Origin: Malacoraja senta
Lineage: Eukaryota
NCBI GenBank assembly: GCA_038087875.1
Contig: CM075990.1
Span: forward strand, 8,930,001-8,994,000
Direction: 5' to 3'
DNA length: 64,000 nt
The first letter of the stretch is position 1, and each line of letters begins with the position of its first letter. A program made the position numbers and the translations under genes. Under the pieces are notes generated by a model. That model made no database searches. It was not told the DNA's origin and saw only the letters and a program-made list of their open reading frames with translations. Positions 1 to 13,527 of this stretch are shown here, one piece after another.

Positions 1-429
1 TCATTAATACTTTCATTCTCAGTTAGCCTTTTACTATTCCTGGAAGAAATTAACAAAGTAGATTACTTTCAATAATGTTATTTATGAAAAAAAATAATGC
101 AAATCCCATAAGCTCTGTGCAATCAACTAACATCACTCCCAAACCTGATGTGGTTTAGTGCATAAAACTCCATTCTCATTATCACAACTCTCTACCTCGT
201 GTCACAATACGATGTTCTCTATTGTATAAATCTCCCAAGCCTATCCATCAGGAGGCAAGTTTGTATTTGAGAGACACGCATACATGCATGTAAGAAATTA
301 ATCTCTTCTCAAAAAATGTTAGCCCTGACCAAAGAGCATTCTCTCGGTAAAATTCCAATGCAAACATATCCACCTCTGAAACACCAAGCCATAATCTCAC
401 ATAGACAACAGCCACTTTATATGATGTCT

Positions 430-742
430 TAGTTTAGTTTAGAGATACAGCACAGAAACAGGCGCTTCGGCACACCGAGCCCGCAACCACCAGCGATCCC
501 TGCACATTAACACTATCCTACTCTAGGGACAATTTTTACATTTATACCAAGGCAATTAACCTACAAACCTGTACGTTTTTGGAGTGTGGGAGGAAACCAA
601 AGTTCACGGAGAAAACCCACGCAGGTCACGGGAAGAACGTGCAAACTCCGCACAGACAGGCGCCCATAGCCAGGATCGAACCCGGGTCTCTGGCGCTGTA
701 AACGCTGCAAGGCAGCAACTCTACCGCTGCGCCACCTTGCCT
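430..742 (-). mobile_element. tRNA-derived SINE (HE1/V-SINE-like)
   Basis: A/B-box head GGTGGCGCAGCGG..GGTTCGATCC, conserved core, CR1-like 3' end, (TAAAC)n tail. Confidence 0.85.
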
Positions 743-1555
743 CCCTAAAAAGTAATATTCATTAAATAACAAGGCAGCTCACCAATCACCACTGATGCAG
801 GTTTGTGGGCGGAATTTTATTTTGTAGAGAACGTTCAATCGTTGGAAAGTGAGACTCTCTTTAATTCTGCCATTTCAGCTTGATTCTGCTTAACTGACAC
901 GAATTGTCCTCTCATTTAAATTCAATGCTCGCATTACGTCTCTATGAATATTTATGAAGAGCAGATTTTTTTTTCCAATAGGTTTCAACCAACGGCCTTT
1001 GTGATTTTTGACAGCGAGGAACTTCAAACATGTTCTTTAGTGGGTGGAGATTGAGAATTTTCAAGGACTCTAAAGAAATATTTGGTATCTTGACAGTGAA
1101 CCAGATTCTGATGTTTCCTGCCTAATGGAACTAAAGAGCCTGGGATTTTCCCGTTTTTTTGTCCCGCCATTGCTCTTCTATGGACTCTCCATAAGAAGGA
1201 CTCAAACAAACAGAACAATAGAAAACCACAACAGATTTTGATGGGCAATAAATATTACCACCATGATACAAATGGAAGGGCTGAGTGAAGACGGACAGAA
1301 GTACATGAAACAATATTTCTAAGTATGCACACGCCACTTAATAAAAGTTTAATGATTAACCTCTCGCTCCATGCTTACTGAAGCTGAAGATAATTATAAC
1401 AATAATGTCTCTGCAGGTATTACCCCATTGTTGTGCTGGGCAGTGGTGCTTTTAACCCTGAGACCTGTGTCTTTCAGCCTGCGATCAGAGGTAATCAAAG
1501 TTTGGTCTGTGAAGTCATTTCAAAGTCAGAGTGGATCACTGCAGATAGAAATGGG

Positions 1556-1752
1556 CTGGCAGAGTGGCGCAGCGGTAGAGTTGCTGCCTCACAGCGCCAG
1601 AGACCCGGGTTTGATCCTGACCATGGATGCTGTCTATACGGAGTTTTTATATTTTCCCTGTGGCTGCGTGGGTTGCTCCAGGTGCTCCAGCTTCCTACCA
1701 CACTCCAAAGACTTACAGATTTGTAGGTAAATTGGCTTCGGTAAAATTGTAA
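1556..1752 (+). mobile_element. SINE, 3'-truncated at a TG microsatellite
   Basis: Head and core of the same family. Confidence 0.8.
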
Positions 1753-1799
1753 ATGTGTATGTGCATGTGTGTGTGCATGTTTGTGTGTGTGTGTGTGCG

Positions 1800-1871
<72 letters not shown>

Positions 1872-2017
1872 TGTGTGTGTGTGTGCGTGTGTGTGCTTGT
1901 TTGTGTGTGGGTGTGTGTGTATGTGTGAGCGTGTGTGTGTGTGTGTGTGTGCGTGTTTGTGTGTGTATGTGTGTGTATGTGTGAGCATGTGTGTGTGTGT
2001 GTATGTGTGAGCGTGTG

Positions 2018-2050
<33 letters not shown>

Positions 2051-2165
2051 ATGTGTGAGCATGTGTGTGTGTGTATGTGCACATGTGTGTATGTGCGTGT
2101 GTGTGTGTTTGCGTGAGCATGTGTGTGTATGTGCGTATGTGTATGTGCATGTGTGTGTGTGTATG
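1753..2165. repeat. Degenerate (TG)n microsatellite
   Basis: Read directly from the sequence. Confidence 0.95.
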
Positions 2166-2654
2166 TCTATGATTATGCTTCAAAGTCCATTTGTATATGG
2201 ATTCATCTTGATTAGAGATATGTACGTACGCCTATTGGGATGCACACTGTATATATAATGCGCTAACATGTTTACGTGTGTATATGTTTTTTGGAAAGTG
2301 GGGATGTGTATATGCAGAGATGTGCATGTGCGTGTGTGTGTATTCCCCTAAGCATGGTATCTACCTTCAGGTGGAAAGGAACACCAGGGGACACCAGGTT
2401 GTCTTCCACGACACACAGCTTCAGAGGTGTATCACTATTTTTTCAAAGTCACTGGTTCAAAATCCTGGAACCTGCTCCCCAATGACACCATGGGAGAACC
2501 TTCATCATCAAGACTGAAATGGTGCAAAACTCAACTTATCTCCACCTTCTCAAGTGCAGAAAAATGGCTAGATACATAGATAAATAATTGCCTAGACACA
2601 AAAGAATGGATAAATGAATAAAAGACAGGTACAGGTAGTTATCAATAAGTGTAA

Positions 2655-2860
2655 GGTCACAAGGTCATAAGTGATAGGAGTAGAATTAGGCTATTTGGCC
2701 CATCAAGTCTACTCCACCATTCAATCATGGCTGATCTATCTCTCCCTCCTAACTCCATTCTCCTGCCTTTTCCCCATAACCCCTGACACCCGTACTAATA
2801 AAGAATCTATCTCTCTCTGCCTCAAAAATATCCACTAACTTGGCCTCCACAGCCTTCTGT
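2655..2860 (-). mobile_element. CR1 LINE 3' fragment
   Basis: Encodes GVRGYGEKAGEW; same 3'UTR as the 10545 copy. Confidence 0.75.
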
Positions 2861-3129
2861 ACGGCTCTGATTGGGCAAGTGTATAGGTGCGTGCTATATG
2901 CATAGGTGCATGTGTAACCGCACATACCAATGGATGCAAGTAGTTGAATGTGCATGGGTTCCTGTTCGTGGTTGCATGTTTACCTGCATGTGTTTTGACC
3001 TTGCCTGTGATTGAACTGAAGATCATGATGAGGCAACTAATGTTCATTGCCATGAAATGTAAGCTTGCCATCATAATACTTGCCATCATGTGGGTATGGT
3101 GGTCTAACAGTTAAGTTATTATAGATTAA

Positions 3130-3442
3130 TTTAGTTTAGTTTAGAGATACAGCACGGAAACAGGCCCTTCAGCCCACCGAGTCTGTACCGACCAGCGATA
3201 CCGACACATAAACACTATCCTACACTGGAGACAATTTACATTTATCCAAAGTCAATAAACCAACAAACCTGTACGTCTTTGGAGAGTGGGAGGAAACCGA
3301 AGATCTCAGAGAAAACCCACACGGTCACGGGGAGAACGTACAAACTCCATACAGACAGCACCCGTAATCGGGATTGAACATGGGTCTCTTGCACTATAAG
3401 TGCTGTAAGGCTGCAACTCTACCGCTGCGCCACCGTGCCGCC
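3130..3442 (-). mobile_element. tRNA-derived SINE
   Basis: Full family match. Confidence 0.85.
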
Positions 3443-4136
3443 CACCAGTAGCTCTTCCACTAGTAGCCAGCATCCTGGACCATTAATTCAGGAATGTGAC
3501 TTGAATTCCCACCACGCCAGGTGAGTGATTCATAAAATAGATCTGGAATATTTAGAAAAGTTATTCTCAGTAATAGTAAACCATGAAGAAACTGCAATGC
3601 AAATGAAAATCTTACTAGGTTCACAAACATCTATCAGGGAGGAAGGAAGTCTACCATTCCTGTCAGGACTCGTCACGCATCTCTATACCCATCAGTACTC
3701 TGCCTCTTAATTACTGGAGATTGGACCCACCAGGATGGGAACTAAACTATATTGACAGCAATATCCACGCTCTCAAAACAGAATAATGGAAAGAACTACA
3801 ACAGATTTTGACGGGTAATAAATGTTGCCACCTGATCGCAAATGGAAGGGCTGAGTGAAGACGACGACAGAACTACATAAAACAAAATAAGAAATCTTTA
3901 AAGAGCACTTGGCTGAACGTGTTAGCTCAATGGGAAACAATTCGAGACGACAGATTTGTGAGTTAATTACAGCTCTGGAGAGATAAAAGGATCTGAAAAC
4001 TGACAGCGTTCTTGAGATAAAGAATTTCAGCATTTGGAAGGAGAAAAGGGGATTGGCGGGTTTGGAATCCTGTTCAGAATCCGACATAGAAACGTGAACA
4101 CTTTACAAGGGAAGATATATTTCCAATTCTTAAAAT

Positions 4137-4470
4137 GGACATAAAATGCTGGAGTAACTAAGAGGGACAGGCAACATCTCTGGAGAGGATTGGTGATGTT
4201 TCAGGTCGAGAGCCTTCTTCAGACTGAGAGTCAGGGGAGAGGGAATCTAGAGATAGGGAAGGTAAGTTGTGAAAATGACAGATCAAAGGGGATGCTGATA
4301 AGGAAATGTAGAATGGTTCATTGTTGGCTGAGGGGAAGGTGACCACGAGACATAGAAACAGTAAAATTAATCAGTGAAAGGACAGAGAACTGGGGTGGAG
4401 GAGGGACGTAGAGAGCAAGGGTTATTTGAAGGTAGAGAAATCAATATTCATACCACTGGGTTGTAAGTTC
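4137..4470 (-). mobile_element. Penelope-like 3' end/pLTR fragment
   Basis: Same pLTR (CATAAAATGCTGGAGTAACT...CCTTCTTCAGACT) plus the end of GIY-YIG-like sequence. Confidence 0.7.
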
Positions 4471-5149
4471 TAATTCTTATTCATTTTTTCTTCCTTATTG
4501 TTACATGAGTCCTTGGATGCTTAAGAAGGAACTGCAGATGCTGGAAGGTAGACAAAAATGCTGGGTTTCGACCCGAAACGTTGCCCTATTTCCTTCGCTC
4601 CATAGATGCTTCATGAGTCCTTGGATGATGGTTCTCCATCATATTTTTTTCAAGTGGACACACCTGTCCTGTTCATGTCCTGGTTCACTTCACATGACAG
4701 ATGCTGGGTAAGCCTGTCATTTAGTGCACTTATTAAGATCTTTTTACTAATTCCTATTTAAACCCAACGACAAAATTCTTTGCCCTGTTCTGTTACTTGT
4801 GCAAATCTGCCCGTTAATTATCTTCTGCAACTCTTGGCTCTTTTGCCTCCACAGTAAGATGTTAAAACAGACTGTGCTGTGTGCCCAGGTAAATTAGGTA
4901 ATCCCATGGCACCTTGTGAGAGATGGCAGTTCGCACAGTCCTCTGGCTCATATTCATCCTCCATCTAAGAGGCTGAGAAGTGACTTTAGTTTAGTTTAGT
5001 TTATTTTAATTTAGTTTCGTTTAGTTTAGTTTAGCTGGGTCTGTTGTCATGTGTACCCAAGTACATTGAAAAGTTTTGTTGCTCGCTAACCAGTCAGCGG
5101 AAAGATAATACATGATTACAATCGAACCATCCACAGTGTACAGATACAA

Positions 5150-5512
5150 AGGTATCTTATAGTGGTTTATAAAATAATGAGGTGGCATAGATAGGTTAGA
5201 TAGTCACAGTCTTTCTCCCCAGGGTTGGGGAGTCTAAAACTAGTGGGGAGTAGGTGTAAGTTGAGAGGGGAAAGATTTAAACAGGTTCTGAGCGACAATG
5301 TCTCCACATAGATGGTGGTGGGACCAACCTGTCAAAAGAAATGTCAGAGGTTAGTACAATTACTAAGTTTAAAAGACATTTGGACAGGTACATGGAAAGG
5401 AAAAGATTTAGGTGAAATAGGCCCTAATACTGGCCAATTGGGATAGAGTATATTGGCATCTCAGTTGGCATGGTTAAGTAGGCCATACTGCCTGCTTGGT
5501 TGCTGTATAACT
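5150..5512 (+). mobile_element. Old CR1 LINE 3' fragment
   Basis: Degenerate match to the CR1 ORF2 C-terminus. Confidence 0.6.
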
Positions 5513-6096
5513 CAATACAGTACAAGTGAAGTATAGGGGTGAAAAGGGCACTGCCCCTCCCTGGTAATCATCCAAAAGAATGTACAAAATGTGAAGTATG
5601 GAAACATATGCACACATTCACCCCAAAAAAAAACGGACAACTTTAAATGTCTGCAGACTGTCTTTGACGAGCGCCCCATAAATGCATGCTGAGTCAAGCA
5701 ACTCTTGAGGCGAAAATATCCCTTCACTATTCAGACCGAGCCTATAAGAGACTCAATCCCACATTATGTAGCCGAGTCTTAATTGCCCTCTGAAATGGTC
5801 TAATAAATCATCTCAGGACATCTAGACTTGTGTAATAAATAAATAATTGAACCCAAGGCACAAGAGGAAAGCTATTTGTCCCATTACATCCATGACAACC
5901 AGAAAATGCTGCACAGTCTAATGCCCTAAAATATATACACTGCAGATTACAGCACAGTTGGGTATATTTTTTATTGCAATTAGACTCTACTCCATCCCCC
6001 CATTCACACAGTGAGTTCCAGACCTGCATCACTATTTATTCTTGTGCCTTAGGTTGATGTCCTTTAGTTACTGACCTCTCTGCTAAGGGAATATTC

Positions 6097-6498
6097 TTAG
6101 TTTAGTTTAGTTTAGAGATACAGCGCGGAAACAGGCCCTTCGGTCCACCGAGTCCGCGCCGACCAGCAGTTCCCGTACATTCATACTACCCTACGCAAAC
6201 TAGGGACAATTTATTTTTACATTTTATAGCAAGACAATTAACCTACAGTACAAACCTGTACGTCTTTGGAGTGTGGGAGGAAACCGAAACTGAAATTATC
6301 GGAGAAATCCCACGCAGGTCACGGGGAGAACGTACAAACTCCGTTCAGACAAGCACCCATAGTCAGGATCGAACCCGGGTCTCTGGTGCAGTAATGCAGT
6401 AGCTCAACTGCATTTCGTTGTCTCTGTACTGTACACTGCACAATGTCAATAAAGTTGAATCTGAATCTGATCTGAATGTACCGCTGCACCACCGGGCC
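6097..6498 (-). mobile_element. tRNA-derived SINE interrupted by a roughly 70-bp LINE 3' tail (6410-6478)
   Basis: Head split by CATTTCGTTG..TCAATAAA(CTGAAT)n. Confidence 0.8.
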
Positions 6499-7114
6499 AT
6501 TCTCTACTAAATGTCCCCTCAACTTCTACTTCAAAAAAAAATAACCTCACTGGTGCAAAGCATTCCTCATAACAAAACCTCTCCACATGTGGCACAGTTG
6601 TAAATCCCCACTGCATTTCCCATGTGCTATCACCTAACCGCAACGTGAAAAATAGAGGAATGAACTATTATGTTCATATTATGTACATGGCCTTTGCAAT
6701 TTTCTTGCCTACATTGCATTTAGATCTTGTGATTTATACATTTTTAAATACATTAAGGAATATTAAGCAAGAAGAATATGAAATATTAGATATGATTAAG
6801 ATATAGAGAGTGAGCAAATATTAATTTTCTCATTTAAATATGATAAAGAAGAAATTGTCCCAGAATCTGGATGTATGCTTATTTACACTTCTGTGCCTCT
6901 TGCCTGGTGAGGGGGGAAGAGGGAGTGATCAGGGAGCACCTCATGCTTGATTATGCTGCTGGCCTTGCCAAGGCAGCGTGAATGTCTCTTTAATACCATT
7001 TTCCCAGTTTCCATATCTTACTCATACCTAATATTTTAAATTCTTCTTCCTTAATTATATTAACATTATCATCCTTCTCTTTTGTGAAGATATTGCAAAT
7101 CGCCCTTAAGGATC

Positions 7115-7770
7115 CAAAGTGAGGACAAGAGACAAATCATCATCTATGATTATCCTCAACACTGGTGCTCCGCAAGGATACGTTCTCTGCCCCCTTCTCT
7201 ACTCCTTCTACTCCCACGACTGTGCAGTCAAGTACAAGTCCAATTCAATTTACAAATTCACGGATGACATCCCCCTTTTGGGCTGGATATTATATAATGA
7301 GACGGAGTACAGGAAGGAGATTGAGAACCTCGTGTCCTGGTGTCAACCAACAACCTTTCTCTCAATGTCAGCAAGGCAAAGAAGATAGTGATCGACTTCA
7401 GAAAGGAAAGCGGTAAACATACCCTGGTATGCATTGATAGCGCCAAAATAGACATGGTTGAAAGCTTTAAGTCCTTAGCAGTAAATGTCCCCAGCAACTT
7501 GTACTTGACCACCCATATCGAAGTAATGGCCAAGAAAGCATACCAACATCTCTACTTCCTGAGAAGGCTTAGGAGGTGGCCCCAACACCTCTCAACAATC
7601 TCTGCAGATGCGCCGATAAATGCATTTTATTGGGATGCATCACAGCATGGTTTGGGAACAGCTCCATCCAAGACCGCAAGAATATGCAGAGAATTGTGGA
7701 CGCAGCCCAGATCATCACCAAACCAACCTCCATCCCATTGACTCCATTTATACTTCAAGCTGCCTCGGCA
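7115..7770 (+). mobile_element. Rex1/Babar-like LINE RT fragment, frameshifted
   Basis: LNTGAPQG.VL.PLLYS..HDC, KFTDD, NNLSLNVSK.K..IDFRK, LYFLRRLR, CITAWFG. Confidence 0.85.
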
Positions 7771-8321
7771 CAGAGGGAAGTTGAGGCCAGTTTAGATCAG
7801 CCATGAATATGGTAGATGGTGAGGCAGGCTTATGGGGCCTAACCCCTGCTCCTATTTTCATGTTTTATTATATTCTATACCATATTCTCTATTATACATT
7901 TCCGTCTCATCCTCTTTGTTTCTTTGCACCATTAACTAGAGTGTTAATTTACCTTTCAGTTAACTTGCACAATGTTGGTACGTGAGAGGAAATCTGTGGA
8001 GCGAACATGCAAACGTTGTACCGTCACCACCCAAGGTCAGGACCCAGTATCTGCAATGATGCAGCACATGTTCTCCCACCCCATTTATTCCCAAATCAGT
8101 TCACTTTAATTTTATTGTCATGTGCACCGCAGTACAGTGACAAGCTTTTGTTGCGTGCTATCCTGTCAGTGGAAAGACAACGCATGATTATAATTGAGCC
8201 TTTTACAGTGTATACATGATAAGGGAACACCGTTTAGTGCAAGGTGAAGCCAGCAAAGTCCGAACAAGGATAGTCCAAGGATCACCATTGAGGTAGATCC
8301 TCAGTTCAGCACTGCTCCGGG

Positions 8322-8454
8322 TGGGGTGGGAGATTGCAACCTTCACGTGGTCCGCCCTGTTTCGACGAATGCAATCAACCTGACAATCAAATAAGATCAA
8401 ATAGAACAAGTTGTCCTACAACTTTAGGCTGTGCACGCCATACGCAAGAAGAAG
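8322..8454 (+). mobile_element. Short (GAA)n-tailed retroposon with an 11-bp TSD
   Basis: ACTGCTCCGGG at 8311-8321 and 8455-8465; second copy at 38837-38964. Confidence 0.7.
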
Positions 8455-8522
8455 ACTGCTCCGGGAGGTCGGCAGGCCACAGGTCTCGTCAGTCACGTTA
8501 GGAATGCCCTCTCACAGTCTTA

Positions 8523-8840
8523 TTTTAGTTTTAGTTTTAGAGATACACTGCAGAAACAGGCCCTTCGGCCTACCGAGTCCGCACCGACCAGCGATCCCTG
8601 CAAATTAACACTATCCTACAGAGACTAGGGACAATTTTACACTTACAGCAAGGTAATTTACCCGCATACCTGTATGTCTTTGGAGTGTGGGAAACCGAAG
8701 ATCTCAGAGAAAACCCACGTGGCCATGGGGAGAACGTATAAACTCCGTACAGACAGCACCCGCAGTCAGGATCAAACCCAGGTCTCTGGCGCTGCAAGCG
8801 CTGTAAGGCAACAACTCTACCGCTGTGCCACCATGCCGCC
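8523..8840 (-). mobile_element. tRNA-derived SINE
   Basis: Full family match. Confidence 0.85.
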
Positions 8841-9137
8841 AAGTCATGCATAATAATGATTTTTAAAGCTTATTTGAACTTTGTACTTTCAAGCCTTTCA
8901 TTCTGGATGTTTATCCTGGTCTTGGTGAATGTCAGGAAGTGAGAATTCATGCTTATTTCTACACTGCTCACGAATGTGCCTCTAAATTTGTGGCTCCATC
9001 TTTCTCTAACTGTATGAGAACCAATGTACACCCAAGGGCACACTCAAATCAACGTGATTTCCCTTCGCTTATCACCCCCTCAGCCCCAATCCACAAGGTA
9101 TCAGTCACTGATGTTTCCAGCAGAAAATCCTCACAAT

Positions 9138-9452
9138 CACGGTGGTGCAGCGGTAGGGTTACTGCCTTACAGCGCCAGAGACCCGGGTTCGATCCTGACT
9201 ACGGGTGCTTGTCTGTACGGAGTTTGCATGTTCTCCCCGTGACCCGCGTGGGTTTTCTTTGAGATCTTCGGTTTCCTCCCACACTCCAAAGACGTATCGG
9301 TTTGTAGGTTAATTGGCTCAGTATAAAAATGTCAAAATTGTCCCTAGTGTGTGTAGTAATCTGTGTTAATGTGCACAAATCACTGGTCGGTGCAGATTCG
9401 GTGGGCCGAAGGGCCTGTTTTTGCGCTGTAACTAAACTAAACTAAGACTAAA
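9138..9452 (+). mobile_element. tRNA-derived SINE
   Basis: Full family match. Confidence 0.85.
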
Positions 9453-9947
9453 TAGTTTGAAGTTTCCCTCCCCCCCCCACCCTCCCTCCCCAAACCACTA
9501 CAATCTCAACTCTCTCGACTCTTGTCATATCAGCCCCGTTCTATGCCCAAGCCTCTATTATCAATCTTACTGTCGACATCCAGATCCTTAGACTGATAAA
9601 GAAACACAGACCGTGCTGGAAAACATCAGACAGTCCGGCAGAATCTGTAGTGAGATAAATAGATTTAATGCATCATCTTCAAGATCCATCATCAGCATAT
9701 AAAAAGCTTACATAGAAAATCAGTAGCATGTTAGGAGCCTACTGAGTTTGTCTAGACTTCTTCAGTACATGCATTTCTCAATTCACAATGTTTGATTTAT
9801 GAATTCTCATTGTAACCCTATTGATTCATACATTTCTACATTTCTTCAATTTGCAAGTCCATTTTTAATTACAATAAATAGTGAGCTGGGCTCTACTTAT
9901 TTGATTGCACGGTGAAAAACCCAATGAGTGCCACACATCCTAAAAAG

Positions 9948-10272
9948 GGTGACACAGTGGAGCAGCTGGTAGAGCTGCTGCCTCACAGTGCCAGAGACAC
10001 AGTTTGATCCTGACCTCAGATGCTGTCTGTGCGAAGTTTGCACGTTCTCACTGTGACCGTGTGGTTTTGTTCCAGGTGCGCCGGTTTCCTCCCACATCCC
10101 GAACATGTGTGGGTTTGTAGAGTAATTAGCTTCTGTAAATTTCCCTTCGTGTGCAGGAAGTGGATGATAAAGTGGGATAGCGTAGAACTAGTGTGAACAG
10201 GTGATCGATGGTCGGCATAGACTTGATGGGTCAAAGGGCCTGTTTCCATGCTGTATCTCTAAAAGCTAAAAC
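9948..10272 (+). mobile_element. tRNA-derived SINE (second subfamily)
   Basis: Same head and core, variant 3' part as in the 12773 and 31008 copies. Confidence 0.8.
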
Positions 10273-10544
10273 AATGCACAAAAGACATTTCACTCCTCAT
10301 TTTCGATTTATAAAATGTTACCAAGTAAAGCAATTTTCCAGGAATACAACCCTTCTGTATATTAAGGAATGGCCGGATATTTTGCATGGGAATCACATTC
10401 TAAAGTAGTGCATGTGTAGTGTTCTGTGAAGTGAATATTCACAAAGCTTTGAAGACAACAAGATGAGTTGAGAAAGGTATTTGAAAGTGCATTTGATTTA
10501 TTGATAAAGGAATAAAGCACAAAAGCAAGGAAACTTCACTAAAA

Positions 10545-10977
10545 TCTCATAAGGTCATAAGTGATAGGAGCAGAATTTGGCCGTTCGTCCCATCAAGTCT
10601 ACTCCGCCATTTAATCATGACTGATCTATCATTCCCTCCTAACCCCATTCTCCTGCCTTCTCCCCATAACCCCTGACACCCGTACTAATCAATAATCTAT
10701 CTATCTCTGCTTTAAATATATCCACTGAATCTGTGCAAAGAATTCCACAGATTCACCACCCTCTGATTAAAGAAGTTCCGCCTCATATCCTTCTTAAACA
10801 GAACGTCCTTTAATTCTGAGGCTATGACCTCTAGTCCTAGACTCTCCCAGTAGTGGAAACATCCCATCCACTCTATCCAAGCCTTTCACTATTCGATACG
10901 TTTCAATGAGGTTTCCCCTCATCCTTCTTAACTCCAGCGAGTACAGGCCCAGAGCCGTCAAATGCTCATCATATGTT
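10545..10977 (-). mobile_element. CR1 LINE 3' fragment
   Basis: Homologous to 24380-24810. Confidence 0.8.
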
Positions 10978-11045
10978 ATGAAACAAAACTACTGGATTGG
11001 CCTGAACTGGAGGATTGTATTCAAATCTGGGCCCCATGACTTGGA

Positions 11046-11553
11046 AAGATGCAGAGGTGTTGCAGTCAATCAACAGGACATTTTGCAGGAGGACATTTTG
11101 CGGGCGGAGCTGACTTTCCAGCTGCGGGCGGCGCTGACGCTGACTTTTACAATGCGGAGCCCTTGGATCTCTCGCCGAGGTCGCCAGCATTTGAATCTCC
11201 GCCCAGCTTGGCCTGTGGACTTCGGAAGCTGCAGTCTTTGGTAGGAAGCGGCCAATTTGGAGGCTCCGGGCTACTGAGAGTGTTCGAGGGCCTGAAACAC
11301 CGGGCCCGTAGTGGCGACTGCGGATGCCTCAATAGGCCCCGACCACGGGTGAACTGAGGAAGAGGACTGAACTTTGGTGCCTTCCCTCACAGTGGGAAAC
11401 GTTGATTCCGCTGTGGGGGGTGTTTTTTATGTTTTATGTTAAATTCAAAAGTGTTGTGTTTATCTTGTTTGTGTGCTGCATGGTAACTCAAATTTCACTG
11501 CACCAATCGGTGTATGTGACAATAAATTGTCCCTTGTCCTTTTTTTGTCCTTT
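11046..11553 (+). mobile_element. Diverged relative of the GC-rich retroposon
   Basis: GGCCTGTGGACTTCGG, GTGGCGACTGCGG, GGCCCCGACCACGGGTGAAC and a TGACAATAAA tail. Confidence 0.6.
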
Positions 11554-12772
11554 GAGTTCATCATATGAGTTATGTGGGGAGATTGGATCTGGGATTGTTT
11601 CCTTGGATTTGTCAAAGGGTAGTATAAAGGTTTGCATACAATGAGTTGTTGTGCCCTGGAATTCACTACCTGAGAAGGCAGTGAAATTATATTCAACGGC
11701 AGCTTATAAAAGGGAAATTGGATGAATACTTAAAGGGAGAAAAAATCAGAGCTAAGAGGAGAGTGCAGGAAATAATCCACTCAAGGAGCAGGCACAGATG
11801 TAGAGGGTTGAATCATCTCCTGTTGTTTAGTCATCCTTAACATTCAAGAGTATACAAGAGGTGATGAAGTGGTTAATGAATGCAAACCTGTATATTCATT
11901 CTTTGACTTCACTGTAACAGGGTAATGAAACATATCAGTCAGTTTTGCTGCACACTTCAGCAGTTCCGTCAAACCCATTGTTCAATTTTGTCCTGTTAGT
12001 TATCAATTAGTTCCATTGTAATATCACTCATGCTGGAACTTCCAAAATATCAGTCAGGCTGAATGCTCCATTTTTGTCATTTACTTCTGTTTTATGTGGC
12101 TTGATTTGTGATTCACTGAAGTTGATTGTTGCTGTGTTGCAACACGCTGATTGTGTGAAGAAATAACGTCATTGGCCAGCGTGCATTTCCCCGGTCTGTG
12201 AATGTTTTCTTTATATCAGAGCGAGCTTTTGTGCTGTTTTAATTCTCCGCCATTGCTGCATTGGAGCAGTTAAATAGATGAATGACATCACTGTCTGTGT
12301 CTGCAATTGCCTCTTTCTCGCACAGCGATAAGATTCAACACAGTGAAAAAAATACTTTGCAGATCATTCAGTCCCAGCTCCCTGCATTTCCATGGTTTGT
12401 TTCGACAGGGCACAAAGAACATAAGTTTCAGGATGTCACCCAAATTATTCAATGATTGTGGCCGAGAAAAGTTTGATTTATAAATTCACCCTGACCTTGT
12501 TCAACTTCATTATTCCACTGTTCTCTTTCCCATTTTAAATCCCTCCATGGTGCCATGAATTTATTCCTCATCTGCTTCTGCTGTAAGTCAAGGGAGAGAA
12601 AGCAGACGAGAGATATGAAGGAATCATGCTTGGGGTCTCTTGAGGTTACAACCAGGATGGAGCAAGAGAAGTTTGCTCAAAGTGCTCTGACTCTGAGCGG
12701 TTACCCATTAGAATCACTAGCTCACTGAGCTGGACAAGCTTCAAGCGGTGGTGACTTCAATAGCGTACAAAG

Positions 12773-13082
12773 CGGCACAGTGGCGCAGCTGGCAGAGCCG
12801 CTGCCTCACAGAGCCAGAGACCCGGGTTCAATCCTGACCTCGGGTGCAGTCTGTGTGGAGTTTGCACGTTCTCCCAGTGACCATGGGGCACTCCGGTTTC
12901 CTCCCACATCCCAAAGACGTGCGCGCTTATAGGTTAATTGGCCCCTGTATATTGCCACTGGTGGACAGGGAGCGGAGGCGAAAGTGGGATAACATTGAAC
13001 CAGTGAGAACAGGTGAACAAAGGTCTGTGTGGACTTGGTGAGCCGAGGGGCCTGTTTCCATGCTGTAGCTCTGAACTGAAAT
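12773..13082 (+). mobile_element. tRNA-derived SINE (second subfamily)
   Basis: Family match. Confidence 0.82.
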
Positions 13083-13527
13083 GCATTACATTCATAGTTA
13101 GATTCATAGCACTACTATGACCTGGGCACATTAGAGGAGCTTTGAATACTGAATTAGGTGAGAGATGGAGCCCACATTTAAGTCATTCTGGAAACAACGG
13201 GTGAAGGGAGAGCATTAAATCTGGAGTTTGAAGGTTGTACAATAGCTAAGAAGATCAAAGTGGGCAAAGTTACATCTATTTAAGGATCTATTTAAATCTA
13301 TTTAAATGGAAGAGAACAATATTTGGAGAAGACACCGTCGACAATGTAGGGGTTAGAGAGGAAAGTATAATGATCAGGTGTTTAGAGGGAGTATGATCAA
13401 AGAAACAGATGAATCAATTGATGAGAAGAACAGGTCAAGGAATGGGCACAGGAATGTGCTGTGGGGTGAACTAAGGAAAGGAGTTTTCACTTGCAATGGG
13501 CTTTCATCAGTTGTGTCCGCTGATCCT

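Noticed and set aside
1495..2258. His/Thr- and Cys/Val-rich ORFs (also near 14.8 kb and 51.8 kb)
   Set aside because: Translations of (CA/TG)n microsatellites.
5132..5160. CACAGTG heptamers as V(D)J recombination signals (also near 12340)
   Set aside because: No nonamer at 12/23 spacing and no Ig/TCR segments nearby.
9138..9215. tRNA-like sequences
   Set aside because: These are SINE heads followed by the SINE core and tail, not tRNA genes.
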